Positions 41,617 through 51,294 of a DNA stretch of 64,000 nucleotides are shown here, in pieces. The stretch lies in contig CAINED010000013.1 of the NCBI GenBank assembly GCA_903847605.1, forward strand, positions 313,000 through 376,999, in the 5' to 3' direction. Source of the stretch: an uncultured Hyphomicrobiales bacterium. Lineage in GTDB: Bacteria; Pseudomonadota; Alphaproteobacteria; Rhizobiales; Beijerinckiaceae. Below the pieces are notes generated by a model, which saw nothing but the letters and a program-made list of their open reading frames with translations, made no database searches and was not told the DNA's origin. How positions within the stretch are numbered: the first letter of the stretch is position 1; every line of letters begins with the position of its first letter. Position numbers and translations under genes: made by a program.

Positions 41617-42276
41617 TCAGGCTGCCGCGGCGAGCGTGGGCGCAACCTTGAACTTGCCAAGCGTCGCCGCCTTGATTTCGTCGAGCGTGACGCCATCGGC
41701 GAGTTCGAGCAAGGTCATGCCGTCCTTGCCCTTCTCGTCGATCTGGAAGACGCCGAGATCGGTGATGACGATGTCGACAACGCCGGCGCCAGTGAGCGGC
41801 AGCGTGCAGCGCTCCAGCAGTTTCGATGCGCCCTTGGCCGTGTGTTCCATCACGACGACGACTTTCTTGACGCCTGCGACGAGGTCCATCGCGCCGCCCA
41901 TGCCCTTCACCATCTTGCCGGGGATCATCCAGTTGGCGAGATCGCCGTTCTGGGCGACTTCCATTGCGCCGAGGATCGAGAGGTCGATGTGGCCGCCGCG
42001 AATCATCGCGAAGGAATCGGCCGAGGAAAAGAAGCTGGTCGTCGGCAGTTCCGTTACCGTCTGCTTGCCGGCGTTGATCAAGTCAGGATCCTCCTCGCCC
42101 TCGTAAGGGAACGGACCCATGCCCAGCATGCCGTTCTCGCTCTGAAGCTGCACGGTAATGCCTTCGGGAATGTAGTTCGACACCAGCGTCGGAATGCCGA
42201 TGCCGAGATTGACGTAAAATCCGTCCTTCAATTCCTTGGCCGCGCGGGCCGCCATTTGTTCGCGAGTCCAGGGCAT
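41617..42276 (-). CDS. scoB: 3-oxoacid CoA-transferase subunit B
   Basis: 219 aa. [11 protein letters not shown] contains the catalytic glutamate motif of family I CoA-transferase B subunits. Confidence 0.93.
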   Translation of the reverse strand: MPWTREQMAARAAKELKDGFYVNLGIGIPTLVSNYIPEGITVQLQSENGMLGMGPFPYEGEEDPDLINAGKQTVTELPTTSFFSSADSFAMIRGGHIDLSILGAMEVAQNGDLANWMIPGKMVKGMGGAMDLVAGVKKVVVVMEHTAKGASKLLERCTLPLTGAGVVDIVITDLGVFQIDEKGKDGMTLLELADGVTLDEIKAATLGKFKVAPTLAAAA

Positions 42277-42303
42277 GGGTTCACTCCTTGCGAATTGATT
42301 TGC

Positions 42304-43008
42304 TCAGCTTGCGCGCTTGCGGGTGGTGCGGAATTCGACGCGCTTCAACTCGCTCGGCACATGAACGATGCGGTCGATATAAATGCCGGGCGTGTGGATG
42401 TGATCGGGATCGATCGTGCCTGCGGGCACGAGATTTTCCACCTGCGCGATGGTCTTGCGTCCGGCGGTCGCCATCATCGGGTTGAAGTTGCGCGCCGTCT
42501 TACGGAACACAAGGTTGCCCTCCGTATCCGCCTTCCAGGCATGGACAATCGAAAGGTCCGCAGTGAGCGCGCGCTCCATCACGTATTTATGGCCGTCGAA
42601 TTCGCGGATTTCCTTGCCTTCGGCAATGATGGTGCCTACGCCCGTCTTGGTGAAGAAGGCTGGAATGCCGGCCCCGCCAGCGCGAATGCGCTCGGACAGG
42701 GTTCCCTGCGGGGTGAATTCGAGTTCCAGCTCGCCGGCGAGATATTGCTGCGCGAAAATCTTGTTCTCGCCCACATAGGACGAAATCATCTTCTTGATCT
42801 GCCGGGACTCCAGCAATTTGCCGAGGCCGATGCCGTCGACGCCCGCGTTATTGGAAATGACGGTCAGATTCTGGACGCCCGCGCGCAGGATCGCCTCGGC
42901 GAGGCTTTCGGGAATGCCGCAGAGGCCGAAGCCGCCGGACATGATGGTCATGCCATCCTTGAGGAGGCCCGCAACAGCAGCGTCGACGTCGGGGAAAACC
43001 TTGTTCAT
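42304..43008 (-). CDS. scoA: 3-oxoacid CoA-transferase subunit A
   Basis: MNKVFPDVDAAVAGLLKDGMTIMSGGFGLCGIPE is a typical ScoA N-terminus. The internal ATG at 43006-43008 is preferred. Confidence 0.93.
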   Translation of the reverse strand: MNKVFPDVDAAVAGLLKDGMTIMSGGFGLCGIPESLAEAILRAGVQNLTVISNNAGVDGIGLGKLLESRQIKKMISSYVGENKIFAQQYLAGELELEFTPQGTLSERIRAGGAGIPAFFTKTGVGTIIAEGKEIREFDGHKYVMERALTADLSIVHAWKADTEGNLVFRKTARNFNPMMATAGRKTIAQVENLVPAGTIDPDHIHTPGIYIDRIVHVPSELKRVEFRTTRKRAS

Positions 43009-43242
43009 GGAAACACCGTTCTGGGGAGAGGCCCCTTCGGAAGGGCCGCGCGACGGCGCATCCTTAGCCAAGAGCCCGCGCAAAACCAAGAGCTTTGTCT
43101 TCGCATAAAGCCTGCCGCAAAGCGGCGAAGGCCCGCATCGCGGGCGTTCAGATTGCGGTCATTTGGCGTGTGCTAGGGGCTGATATACAAACTGACTGCC
43201 GTTCGGGCAGCGCGGTCGCGGGAAGGGTTTGCGGGCGGCAGG

Positions 43243-45033
43243 ATGCAGGTTTTCAGGCTCTATATCAGGACGCTGGCGCTTCTCGGGACGGAGAAGAAAC
43301 TCGCGCTTCTGCTGGTGTTCGCCAATATCTTTCTGGCCGCGGCGAGCTTTGCCGAGCCGGTTCTCTTCGGCTGGATCATCGACCTGCTCAGCAATGCCCA
43401 AAGGGACGGCAAGACCGTTACCTGGGAAGCGCTGACGCCGCTGACGATCGCATGGGTCGGATTCGGCCTCTTTACGATTCTGGCGTCAGTGCTTGTGGCG
43501 CTGCATGCGGACAGGCTCTCGCACCGCCGCCGCCTCGCCGTGATGAGCTCGTTCTTCGAGCACGTGCTGCACTTGCCGCTGTCGTTCCACACCTCCGTCC
43601 ATTCGGGCCGCCTGCTCAAGAACATGATCGACGGCGCGTCGGGCATGGCGAGCGTCTGGCTCTATTTCTTTCGCGATAATCTTTCGTCCTTTCTCGCGCT
43701 GTTCGTGCTGCTGCCGGCAACGATCTTCCTGAACTGGCGGCTGGCGATGCTGCTCATCGGCCTCGTCTTTCTCTTCGCCATCGTCATTGCTTTCGTGATT
43801 CACCGGACCAATGCGCTGCAGGAGAAGGTCGAGCGCTATCACACTGACCTCGCTGAACGCGCCTCCGACGCGCTCGGCAATCTGCCGGTTATCCAGAGCT
43901 TCACGCGTATCGATGCAGAGGCGAAGTCGCTGCGCTCGATCAGCGACGTTCTGCTCGCTGCGCAAATTCCGGTGCTGTCGTGGTGGGCGGCGACGACGGT
44001 GATCACGCGCGCGGCGTCGACGCTCGCGATCCTCGCGATCTTTCTCGTCGGCACCTGGCTGCACATGCAGGGCCTTGCCACGATCGGCGAGATCGTCGCC
44101 TTCATGGCGATTGCAGGCCAGCTCATCGGCAAGCTCGAATCGACCGTCAGTTTCGCCAACTGGGTGCTGATGCTGGCGCCCAAGGTGACGCAGTTTTTCG
44201 AAGTGCTGGATACGGCGCCCACCGTCCGCGACATGCCGGGCGCGCGAGACGTTGGCCGCCTCGAAGGAATGGTCGCCTTCGACGATGTGACTTTCAGCTA
44301 CGATGGCAAGACGCCGGCCGTCGCCAATGTCGATTTCGTCGTGAAGCCCGGGGAGACGATTGCTCTCGTCGGCTCGACCGGTTCGGGCAAGTCGACGACC
44401 ATGTCGCTGCTGCATCGCGTCTTTGATCCGCAAGGCGGACGCATCCTCATCGACGGTATAGACATCAAGGACATGACGCTGGAATGCCTGCGCCGCAATA
44501 TCGGTGTGGTGTTTCAGGAGCCGATGCTTTTCGCGCGCTCCATCGAGGAAAATTTGCGCATCGGCAATCCCGGCGCCTCCGCCGAGGAGATCGAGACCGC
44601 GATCACCCGCGCTCAGGCGAAAGATTTCATCGCACGTCATCCCGAGGGACTCGCGACCATTGTCGGAGAGCGCGGGCGCACATTGTCCGGCGGCGAGCGC
44701 CAGCGTCTGTCCATCGCGCGCGCGCTGTTGAAAGACCCGCCGATCCTGATCTTCGACGAAGCGACCAGCGCGCTGGATGCGACGACCGAGCGCCAAATCC
44801 AGGCGGCGCTCGAAGCCGCGACGGAGGGCCGCACGACATTCATCATCGCCCATCGTCTCGCTACGATTCGCAATGCGACGCGCATCTTCGTGCTCGATCA
44901 CGGCAAAGTGGTCGAAGCCGGTTCGTTCGACGAGCTGGTGAAGCGCGGCGGACGCTTTGCGGAACTCGCTGCCGCGCAATTCATGACGGATGCTTTGGTC
45001 AAGACGCAGATCGAAAAGGCCGCTGTCCCGTAA
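43243..45033 (+). CDS. ndvA: ABC exporter, fused permease/ATPase, ChvA/NdvA (cyclic beta-1,2-glucan exporter)-like
   Basis: 596 aa. The six-helix TMD contains AEPVLFG, ADRLSHRRRL and PVLSWWA blocks, resembling ChvA/NdvA as I recall them. Walker A GSTGSGKST, signature LSGGERQRLSIARAL, and Walker B ILIFDEATSALD are present. The specific substrate is an inference. Confidence 0.7.
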   Translation: MQVFRLYIRTLALLGTEKKLALLLVFANIFLAAASFAEPVLFGWIIDLLSNAQRDGKTVTWEALTPLTIAWVGFGLFTILASVLVALHADRLSHRRRLAVMSSFFEHVLHLPLSFHTSVHSGRLLKNMIDGASGMASVWLYFFRDNLSSFLALFVLLPATIFLNWRLAMLLIGLVFLFAIVIAFVIHRTNALQEKVERYHTDLAERASDALGNLPVIQSFTRIDAEAKSLRSISDVLLAAQIPVLSWWAATTVITRAASTLAILAIFLVGTWLHMQGLATIGEIVAFMAIAGQLIGKLESTVSFANWVLMLAPKVTQFFEVLDTAPTVRDMPGARDVGRLEGMVAFDDVTFSYDGKTPAVANVDFVVKPGETIALVGSTGSGKSTTMSLLHRVFDPQGGRILIDGIDIKDMTLECLRRNIGVVFQEPMLFARSIEENLRIGNPGASAEEIETAITRAQAKDFIARHPEGLATIVGERGRTLSGGERQRLSIARALLKDPPILIFDEATSALDATTERQIQAALEAATEGRTTFIIAHRLATIRNATRIFVLDHGKVVEAGSFDELVKRGGRFAELAAAQFMTDALVKTQIEKAAVP

Positions 45034-45042
45034 GCGGATAAT

Positions 45043-46764
45043 TCACGCCGCCTGCAATTCGCTCTCGAGAAAATCGCGCACCAGTTGCGGTTCGACGCCG
45101 CGCGCTATGAAACTCCTGCCGATTCCGCGCGCCAGAATGAACGTCAGCGCGCCCCGGCTGACCTTCTTGTCCTGATACATGGCGTCGAGAATCTCGCCGC
45201 TCGTGGCGTCGAGGTCCGGTACGTCGAGAATGTTCAGCGGCAGCCCGACTGCGCGCAGGTGCCCCTCGACACGCGAAGCATCCTGCCCATGCATATGGCC
45301 GAGGCGCGCGGAAAATCGCATGGCGCAGGCGATGCCGATGGCGACGCCTTCCCCGTGCACGAGCTGCGAGCTGTCGAAATGGGTCAGCGTTTCCAGCGCG
45401 TGACCGAAAGTATGACCGAGATTGAGCAAGGCGCGGTCGCCCTGCTCGGTTTCGTCCCGGGCGACGACGGCGGCCTTTGCTGCGCAACTCTTGCGGATCG
45501 CTTCGGTGAGTTCCGGTCCGCGCGCAAAGACCCCGCGCCAGTTGGCTTCGAGCCAGGCGAAGAAATCGGGATCGTCGATCACGCCGTATTTCATGACTTC
45601 CGCATAGCCGGCGCGAAATTCGCGTTCAGGCAGCGTGTCGAGCGCGCCGGTGTCGGCCAATACGAGGGAAGGCTGATAAAAGGCGCCGATCAGATTTTTG
45701 CCATGAGGCGAGTTGATCGCGGTCTTGCCGCCGACCGAGGAATCGACCTGGGAGAGAAGGGTCGTCGGTATCTGCACGAAGGGCATGCCGCGCCGCACGC
45801 ACGAGGCGGAAAATCCGGCAAGGTCGCCGACGACGCCGCCACCCAGCGCGACGATGAGATCGCGCCGTTCCATGCGCGCCGCAATCGCTTCGTTGCAGAC
45901 GCGCGAGAAATTCTCGATCGATTTCGTCCCTTCACCCGGCGGCAATATGACTTCCGCGTGGCGGATGTTGCGGCTGTCGAGACTTGCCTTCAGCGGCGCG
46001 AGATAATGTTTCGCAACATTTTCGTCGGTGACGATGAAGCAGGACGCATTCGGCGCCACGGTCGTTATATGCTCGCCCGCGTTGGCGATGAGATTGCGGC
46101 CGATGAGAATGTCGTATTCGCGGCCCGACAGCGCGACATGAACCGTCGCGAGCGGCCCCTTGGCCTGCGCCTCCGCGAGGCGCGGCAGGGTCGCGAGCCT
46201 TGTGTCGAGCATGTCGAGAACGTGCTCCAACACGGCGTCATGCGGACCCTCGCAAGACGCGACCGAAAAATCCGCAAGCGCATAGACGGGATTTCGCACT
46301 TCCATGAGTTTGCGCATCGTGGCTTCGGGGTCGGCGCTCTGCAGCAAGGGCCGATTGTTGCGCTTGCGCAGGCGCTTCATCAAAACGTCGAGCGGGGCGT
46401 CCAGCCAGATCGATACGCCGTTGCGGCCAATGCGCGCGCGGGTCTGGTCGTTCATATAGGCGCCGCCGCCCGTCGCGAGCACGCGCTGCTTTTCGTCGAG
46501 AAGACGGGCGATGACGCGCCTCTCGCCATCGCGGAAATAGGTCTCGCCATGGCGCGCGAAGATTTCCGAAATCGTCATGCCGGCCGCAGCTTCGATCTCA
46601 TGATCGGCATCCACGAAGTCGAGACCGAGTTTGTCGGCGAGGCGCTTGCCGACGGACGTCTTGCCCGAGCCCATGATGCCGACGAGCACGATCGAGCGGC
46701 CCGCCAGCGCGTCGATGATGTTTCGCGCCCGGGGGTCGGGCGGATTTGGTGTCTGAATGGTCAT
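45043..46764 (-). CDS. aroKB: bifunctional shikimate kinase / 3-dehydroquinate synthase (single fused ORF)
   Basis: 573 aa. The N-terminal AroK part has P-loop GIMGSGKTSVG. The C-terminal AroB part has GGGVVGDLAGF and the SQVDSSVGGKTAIN motif. There is no stop codon between the two domains. Confidence 0.9.
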   Translation of the reverse strand: MTIQTPNPPDPRARNIIDALAGRSIVLVGIMGSGKTSVGKRLADKLGLDFVDADHEIEAAAGMTISEIFARHGETYFRDGERRVIARLLDEKQRVLATGGGAYMNDQTRARIGRNGVSIWLDAPLDVLMKRLRKRNNRPLLQSADPEATMRKLMEVRNPVYALADFSVASCEGPHDAVLEHVLDMLDTRLATLPRLAEAQAKGPLATVHVALSGREYDILIGRNLIANAGEHITTVAPNASCFIVTDENVAKHYLAPLKASLDSRNIRHAEVILPPGEGTKSIENFSRVCNEAIAARMERRDLIVALGGGVVGDLAGFSASCVRRGMPFVQIPTTLLSQVDSSVGGKTAINSPHGKNLIGAFYQPSLVLADTGALDTLPEREFRAGYAEVMKYGVIDDPDFFAWLEANWRGVFARGPELTEAIRKSCAAKAAVVARDETEQGDRALLNLGHTFGHALETLTHFDSSQLVHGEGVAIGIACAMRFSARLGHMHGQDASRVEGHLRAVGLPLNILDVPDLDATSGEILDAMYQDKKVSRGALTFILARGIGRSFIARGVEPQLVRDFLESELQAA

Positions 46765-46910
46765 GTCCCACCGTTAACACGCCGGAGCCGCCGGCATAAG
46801 CGGTGCGGGCGTATCCCGGCCCAATCCCTCGCAACCAGGCGAGAAGCTCTGGCGAATCTGGTTTATACTGACGGGCGCGGGAGTTTGGGCCCCGTGACGG
46901 GAAAGAGTCG

Positions 46911-47054
46911 ATGCCAAGTCTGTTCCGCTTTCTTTTGATCGTCGCGATCCTCGGCGGGATCGTTTGGGGCGGCATGCAGGCGCTGGTGACATTCGTCGAG
47001 CCCCAGCAGCGCGACATGAGCCAGACGCTTCCGGCCTCGAAACTGAACCGGTAA
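46911..47054 (+). CDS. small single-helix membrane protein (47 aa), not in the supplied ORF track
   Basis: ATG at 46911, TAA at 47052-47054. The protein is MPSLFRFLLIVAILGGIVWGGMQALVTFVEPQQRDMSQTLPASKLNR. The third codon position is GC-rich. It ends 15 nt upstream of xerD, and a weak AAGAG Shine-Dalgarno is present. Confidence 0.5.
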   Translation: MPSLFRFLLIVAILGGIVWGGMQALVTFVEPQQRDMSQTLPASKLNR

Positions 47055-47069
47055 TTCGCGGAGATTTAA

Positions 47070-48014
47070 GTGACGACGCGGGATACGGGCTGGCGCTATG
47101 GCGATCTCTTTCTGGAGATGATCGCGGCGGAGCGCGGTTCGGCGGCGAATACGCTGGAAGCCTACCGGCGCGATCTCGAAGACTTCTTTTCCTTTCTCGG
47201 GCGGCAAAAGGTCGAAGTGCGCCGGGCTGCGGCGGAGGATATCCGCGCCTGGCTTGCCGATCTTGCCAAACGGGGGTTGTCGCCCGCCTCCTCGGCGCGG
47301 CGGCTGTCCGCCGTGCGCCAGTTATTTCGCTTCCTTTACAGTGAGAATCACCGCGGCGACGATCCCACCGCGGTCATCGAAGGCCCCAAGCGCGGAAGAC
47401 CGCTCCCCAAGGTTCTCACGGTTGCCGAGGTTGACCGCCTTCTGGCGACGGCGGGCGAGGGCATCGACGATCCGGAACGCCCGTTGCCGGCGCGGCTGCG
47501 CGCGGCGCGGATGAATTGCCTGCTTGAATTGCTCTATGGCACGGGCCTTCGCGTCTCGGAGCTCGTTTCACTGCCCGTTCGCGCGGCGCATGGCCGCGAC
47601 CCCATGCTGACGATCAGGGGCAAGGGCGGCCGGGAGCGGCTCGTGCCTTTATCGCCCGCGAGCAAATCGGCCATGGACAAGTGGCGCGACATTCTTGCGG
47701 CCCACCGGCCCGAACAGGCCAAGCTGCCGTGGCTTTTCCCGGCGGATAGCGAAATCGGCCATCTGACCCGTCAGGCCTTTGCCCGTGATCTCAAGGACAT
47801 AGCGATTGCGGCGGGGATCGATCCAGCGCGGATCAGCCCGCATGTGCTGCGCCACGCCTTCGCCAGCCATCTCCTACAGAACGGCGCGGACCTGCGCATC
47901 GTGCAGGAATTGCTGGGCCATGCCGACGTGTCGACGACCCAGATCTACACCCATGTTCTCGACGAACGCATGAAAGCGATGGTGCGGGACCTCCACCCCC
48001 TGTCCGACTCCTGA
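47070..48014 (+). CDS. xerD: site-specific tyrosine recombinase XerD
   Basis: 314 aa with a GTG start. HVLRHAFASHLLQNGADLRIVQELLGHADVSTTQIYTHV is the XerD-type catalytic region. Confidence 0.9.
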   Translation: MTTRDTGWRYGDLFLEMIAAERGSAANTLEAYRRDLEDFFSFLGRQKVEVRRAAAEDIRAWLADLAKRGLSPASSARRLSAVRQLFRFLYSENHRGDDPTAVIEGPKRGRPLPKVLTVAEVDRLLATAGEGIDDPERPLPARLRAARMNCLLELLYGTGLRVSELVSLPVRAAHGRDPMLTIRGKGGRERLVPLSPASKSAMDKWRDILAAHRPEQAKLPWLFPADSEIGHLTRQAFARDLKDIAIAAGIDPARISPHVLRHAFASHLLQNGADLRIVQELLGHADVSTTQIYTHVLDERMKAMVRDLHPLSDS

Positions 48015-48092
48015 CCGGAGTTTCCTTGACTTCGCAGTGCAAAATCACCAGTTTCCGCGCTTCTGCCCCGCGGGGCGCTGCCCCACAGGCCC

Positions 48093-49046
48093 ATGCGCAC
48101 ATATCTCGATTTTGAAAAGCCCGTAGCGGAACTCGAAGCCAAGCTCGAGGAACTTAGGGCTGTCGGTGACAAGGAAGGTTCAGTCGCCATCGGCGACGAG
48201 TTACGGCGGCTCGAGGAGCGCGCCCGCAAGGCGCTCGCCGAACTCTATGCTTCCCTGACGCCCTGGCAGAAGACGCAGGTCGCCCGGCATCAGGACCGGC
48301 CGCACTTCCAGGATTATGTCGCCGGCCTCATTGAGGATTTCACGCCCTTGGCCGGCGACAGGAAATTTGCCGAGGACGAGGCCATTGTCGGCGGTTTCGG
48401 GCGTTTCCGCGGCGCGCCCGTCTGCATCATGGGCCACGAAAAAGGCCGGGACACGGACAGCCGCATTCGCCACAATTTCGGGATGGCGCGGCCGGAAGGC
48501 TACCGCAAGGCGGTCAGGCTGATGGAACTGGCGGACCGCTTCGGCCTGCCCGTCATTTCGCTTGTCGATACGGCAGGGGCCTTTCCCGGCATCGACGCAG
48601 AGGAGCGTGGGCAGGCGGAGGCTATCGCCCGCTCGACCGAGGCCTGCCTGTCGCTGGGCGTACCCAATGTCGCTATCGTGGTCGGCGAGGGCGGCTCAGG
48701 CGGCGCTGTCGCCATCGCCACGGCCAGCCGCGTCCTGATGCTCGAACACGCGATCTACACGGTCGCCTCGCCGGAAGCCTCGGCCTCCATCCTCTGGCGC
48801 GACAGCGGCAAGCGGCAGGACGCCGCCACCATGATGAAAATCACTGCCCAAGATTTGCTCAAATTCGGTATCATTGACGGCATAGTTCCGGAACCTGTGG
48901 GTGGGGCGCACAGGGATCCCGAAAAAGCCATAGCCTCGATCGGGGACGCCATCAGCCAGTCGCTGGAAAGCCTTGGAAATCTCAGTCCGGACGCGCTGCG
49001 CGCTTCAAGGGCCGACAAGTTCCTGGCGATGGGCAGGGTGTCGTGA
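48093..49046 (+). CDS. accA: acetyl-CoA carboxylase carboxyltransferase subunit alpha
   Basis: 317 aa. The MRTYLDFEKPVAELEAKLEEL N-terminus and the DTAGAFPG..AEERGQAEAIA motif are present. Confidence 0.97.
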   Translation: MRTYLDFEKPVAELEAKLEELRAVGDKEGSVAIGDELRRLEERARKALAELYASLTPWQKTQVARHQDRPHFQDYVAGLIEDFTPLAGDRKFAEDEAIVGGFGRFRGAPVCIMGHEKGRDTDSRIRHNFGMARPEGYRKAVRLMELADRFGLPVISLVDTAGAFPGIDAEERGQAEAIARSTEACLSLGVPNVAIVVGEGGSGGAVAIATASRVLMLEHAIYTVASPEASASILWRDSGKRQDAATMMKITAQDLLKFGIIDGIVPEPVGGAHRDPEKAIASIGDAISQSLESLGNLSPDALRASRADKFLAMGRVS

Positions 49047-49216
49047 CCGATTGATCTGACGTTTGGAAAGAGGACGCAGGTCAAAGACTTAACGCAATGT
49101 TTACCATAGTACACAAAGTCGCTGCGTTGCAGTAAGGTGTCAGCAAGGATAACGAATGCATACCGGCAGTGTGATCCGGTATCCGTGCGGCATCCGGTCG
49201 ATCGGTTGGCGAAGAT

Positions 49217-50698
49217 ATGACATTCAGGACGTCCTTCGAAAACTTCAGCGCTATCCTTCGCTCGCGCAGGGCAGCGGCGCTGGCAAGCGTTGCTATCGCG
49301 GCTGGCGCTCTCTCTGCGTGTCAGGATGGCGATGGCCTGCGCAGCGGGCGCGCCTACAAGCCGATTCCTGCAGAGACGCTGGCGCTGATGCAGGAAAAGG
49401 GAATGAACAAACATTCGCCGATCCTGTTCCGTGCTTTCAAGAAAGAAGCCGAACTCGAAATCTGGAAAATGAGGGACAACGGCGAATATGCGCTGTTGAA
49501 GACCTATCCGATGTGCCGCTGGTCGGGCCAGCTTGGACCGAAGAAGCGTGAAGGCGACCGGCAAGTGCCCGAAGGATTCTATGCGATCACGCCACAGCGC
49601 ATGAATCCGAACTCGGCCTATTATCTTTCCTTCGATGTCGGTTATCCGAATAACTATGATCGCGCGCACAATCGCACCGGTAGCGCCATCATGGTGCATG
49701 GCGCGTGTTCGTCCGCCGGTTGCTTCTCAATGACCGACGAGCAGATTGCGGAAATCTACGCCATCGCGCGCGAGGCGTTCGGCGGCGGCCAGCCGCAGAT
49801 CCAGATGCAGTCGATGCCCTTCCGCATGAACGCGGATAATCTCGCCAAGCATCGTTTCGATCCGAACATGAAGTTCTGGCGCGAGATCAAGGAAGGTAGC
49901 GATCATTTCGAGATCACGCGCCGCGAGCCGCGGGTTGCAGTCTGCGGCGGGCGCTATGTGTTCAATTCGAAAGTGAAGAATTCCAGCGACCGGCTCGACG
50001 CCCGCGAAGTATGTCCGCCTCTTGAGCAGGAAGAGTCGCTGAAGAACATGGTCGCGGAAAAGAACCGCCGCGAACAGCAGCAGGTCGCAGAACTCGTCGC
50101 CAAGGGTACGCCAGCCGTGAAGGTGGTCTATGCCGACGGTGGCCAGCATCCGAGCTTCCGCCACGTCACTGTGGTCAGCCGTCCCGACGCCGTGGACAAG
50201 GGTCCGACCGAGATTCACATCGATGCCAGCGGCAAACCGGTGAAGACGCCGGTTCAGGTCGCCGCAAAGCCCGAGAAGCCGACGCCCGGCGCGAAGCCGG
50301 CGGCCACCACCGCTGTGGCGCGTAATGCGACGCACGCTGCGGCGACCCCTGCTGCCGCGACGGTCGCGACGCAGACGCCTGCGAGCGTGCCTGCTTCGGC
50401 CAGCGCTTTCGCCCCGTCATCTTCAGCGCCGGCGGCAGCCCCTGCTGCGAGCGAACCTTTCTACAGGCGCTGGCTCGGGGGCGGCGCTACGACGACAGCG
50501 CCGGAATCTACGCCGGCCACACCTTCGCCGACTGCGCAGCCTGCTGGCGCGAGTCCTACGCCGCCAAAGCGCGCGGAGACCGAGAACGGCCGCAAGCCCG
50601 CGCCCAAACGCGACAAGCAGGCCGAGTTACCGATGATGATCCGTGGAGCAGTTCCGGCGCTCCCGCCGTCCTTCATGGCCTTCGCGCCGGCAAAATAG
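49217..50698 (+). CDS. L,D-transpeptidase family lipoprotein (YafK-like) with long Ala/Pro-rich C-terminal tail
   Basis: Lipobox ALSAC. The YkuD catalytic region is IMVHGACSSAGCFSM. The last ~170 residues are low-complexity and rich in A, P, T and S. Confidence 0.85.
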   Translation: MTFRTSFENFSAILRSRRAAALASVAIAAGALSACQDGDGLRSGRAYKPIPAETLALMQEKGMNKHSPILFRAFKKEAELEIWKMRDNGEYALLKTYPMCRWSGQLGPKKREGDRQVPEGFYAITPQRMNPNSAYYLSFDVGYPNNYDRAHNRTGSAIMVHGACSSAGCFSMTDEQIAEIYAIAREAFGGGQPQIQMQSMPFRMNADNLAKHRFDPNMKFWREIKEGSDHFEITRREPRVAVCGGRYVFNSKVKNSSDRLDAREVCPPLEQEESLKNMVAEKNRREQQQVAELVAKGTPAVKVVYADGGQHPSFRHVTVVSRPDAVDKGPTEIHIDASGKPVKTPVQVAAKPEKPTPGAKPAATTAVARNATHAAATPAAATVATQTPASVPASASAFAPSSSAPAAAPAASEPFYRRWLGGGATTTAPESTPATPSPTAQPAGASPTPPKRAETENGRKPAPKRDKQAELPMMIRGAVPALPPSFMAFAPAK

Positions 50699-50720
50699 TC
50701 CGCACGATTCTCAAGAATCA

Positions 50721-50757
50721 AAAAGCCCGCGTGGGAGATACCCGCGCGGGCTTTTTC
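50721..50757. terminator. bidirectional intrinsic terminator
   Basis: AAAA-GCCCGCG-13 nt-CGCGGGC-TTTTT lies between convergent genes that end at 50698 and 50774. Confidence 0.75.
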
Positions 50758-50773
50758 TTCGCGTGTTGCCGCG

Positions 50774-51100
50774 TTAACGGCAGACGCGGACCAGGCGGTA
50801 ACCGATAAAATTGCCCCAGCGGTCGTAGGCGGGACGACGCTCACGGAAGCAGCCGTAGCTGTAGGCGGGATAGACCGGGCCGTAGCCATAGCCGTAGCTG
50901 GGATAGTAATAGCGCGGCTGCGCCGCGAGCGCGCCGAGCGCCAGGCCGCCGATCACGCCTGCCGCAACCGGAGCGCCCCAGCCGCCGCGGTGGTAGCCAC
51001 GACGCCATTGTGCCTCTGCGGGAGTCGATGCGGCGATGACGCCCGCTGCGAGCGTCAAGGCGGCAACGCCGCCGGCAAGTGACTTTTGAAGCTTCGACAT
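50774..51100 (-). CDS. small secreted Gly/Tyr-rich protein of unknown function
   Basis: 108 aa from the ATG at 51098-51100, preceded by GAGGAGAGG. The signal peptide ends at PAEA-Q. The mature part has GYG/YYYPSYGYGYGPVYPAYSYG repeats and two cysteines. Confidence 0.6.
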   Translation of the reverse strand: MSKLQKSLAGGVAALTLAAGVIAASTPAEAQWRRGYHRGGWGAPVAAGVIGGLALGALAAQPRYYYPSYGYGYGPVYPAYSYGCFRERRPAYDRWGNFIGYRLVRVCR

Positions 51101-51294
51101 TGACCTCTCCTCAATACTGCGCCCGGCAAGGTCGGCCGAGCCTGTCACGAACCTAGCGCGCATAAACTGAATGGCGCATGTCCGATAATTTCATCCTGCA
51201 TTCATCGCGGTGGCAGAAATGCGGCAATTGGCTCGGCTCCTGCCCGCGCTTTGCGCCTATGTTTAACATCAGGGGAACGACGAGGGCGAGAACG

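Noticed and set aside
45085-46938. 617-aa ORF antisense to the aroK-aroB fusion
   Set aside because: Antisense artefact. The minus-strand frame carries both the AroK P-loop and AroB motifs.
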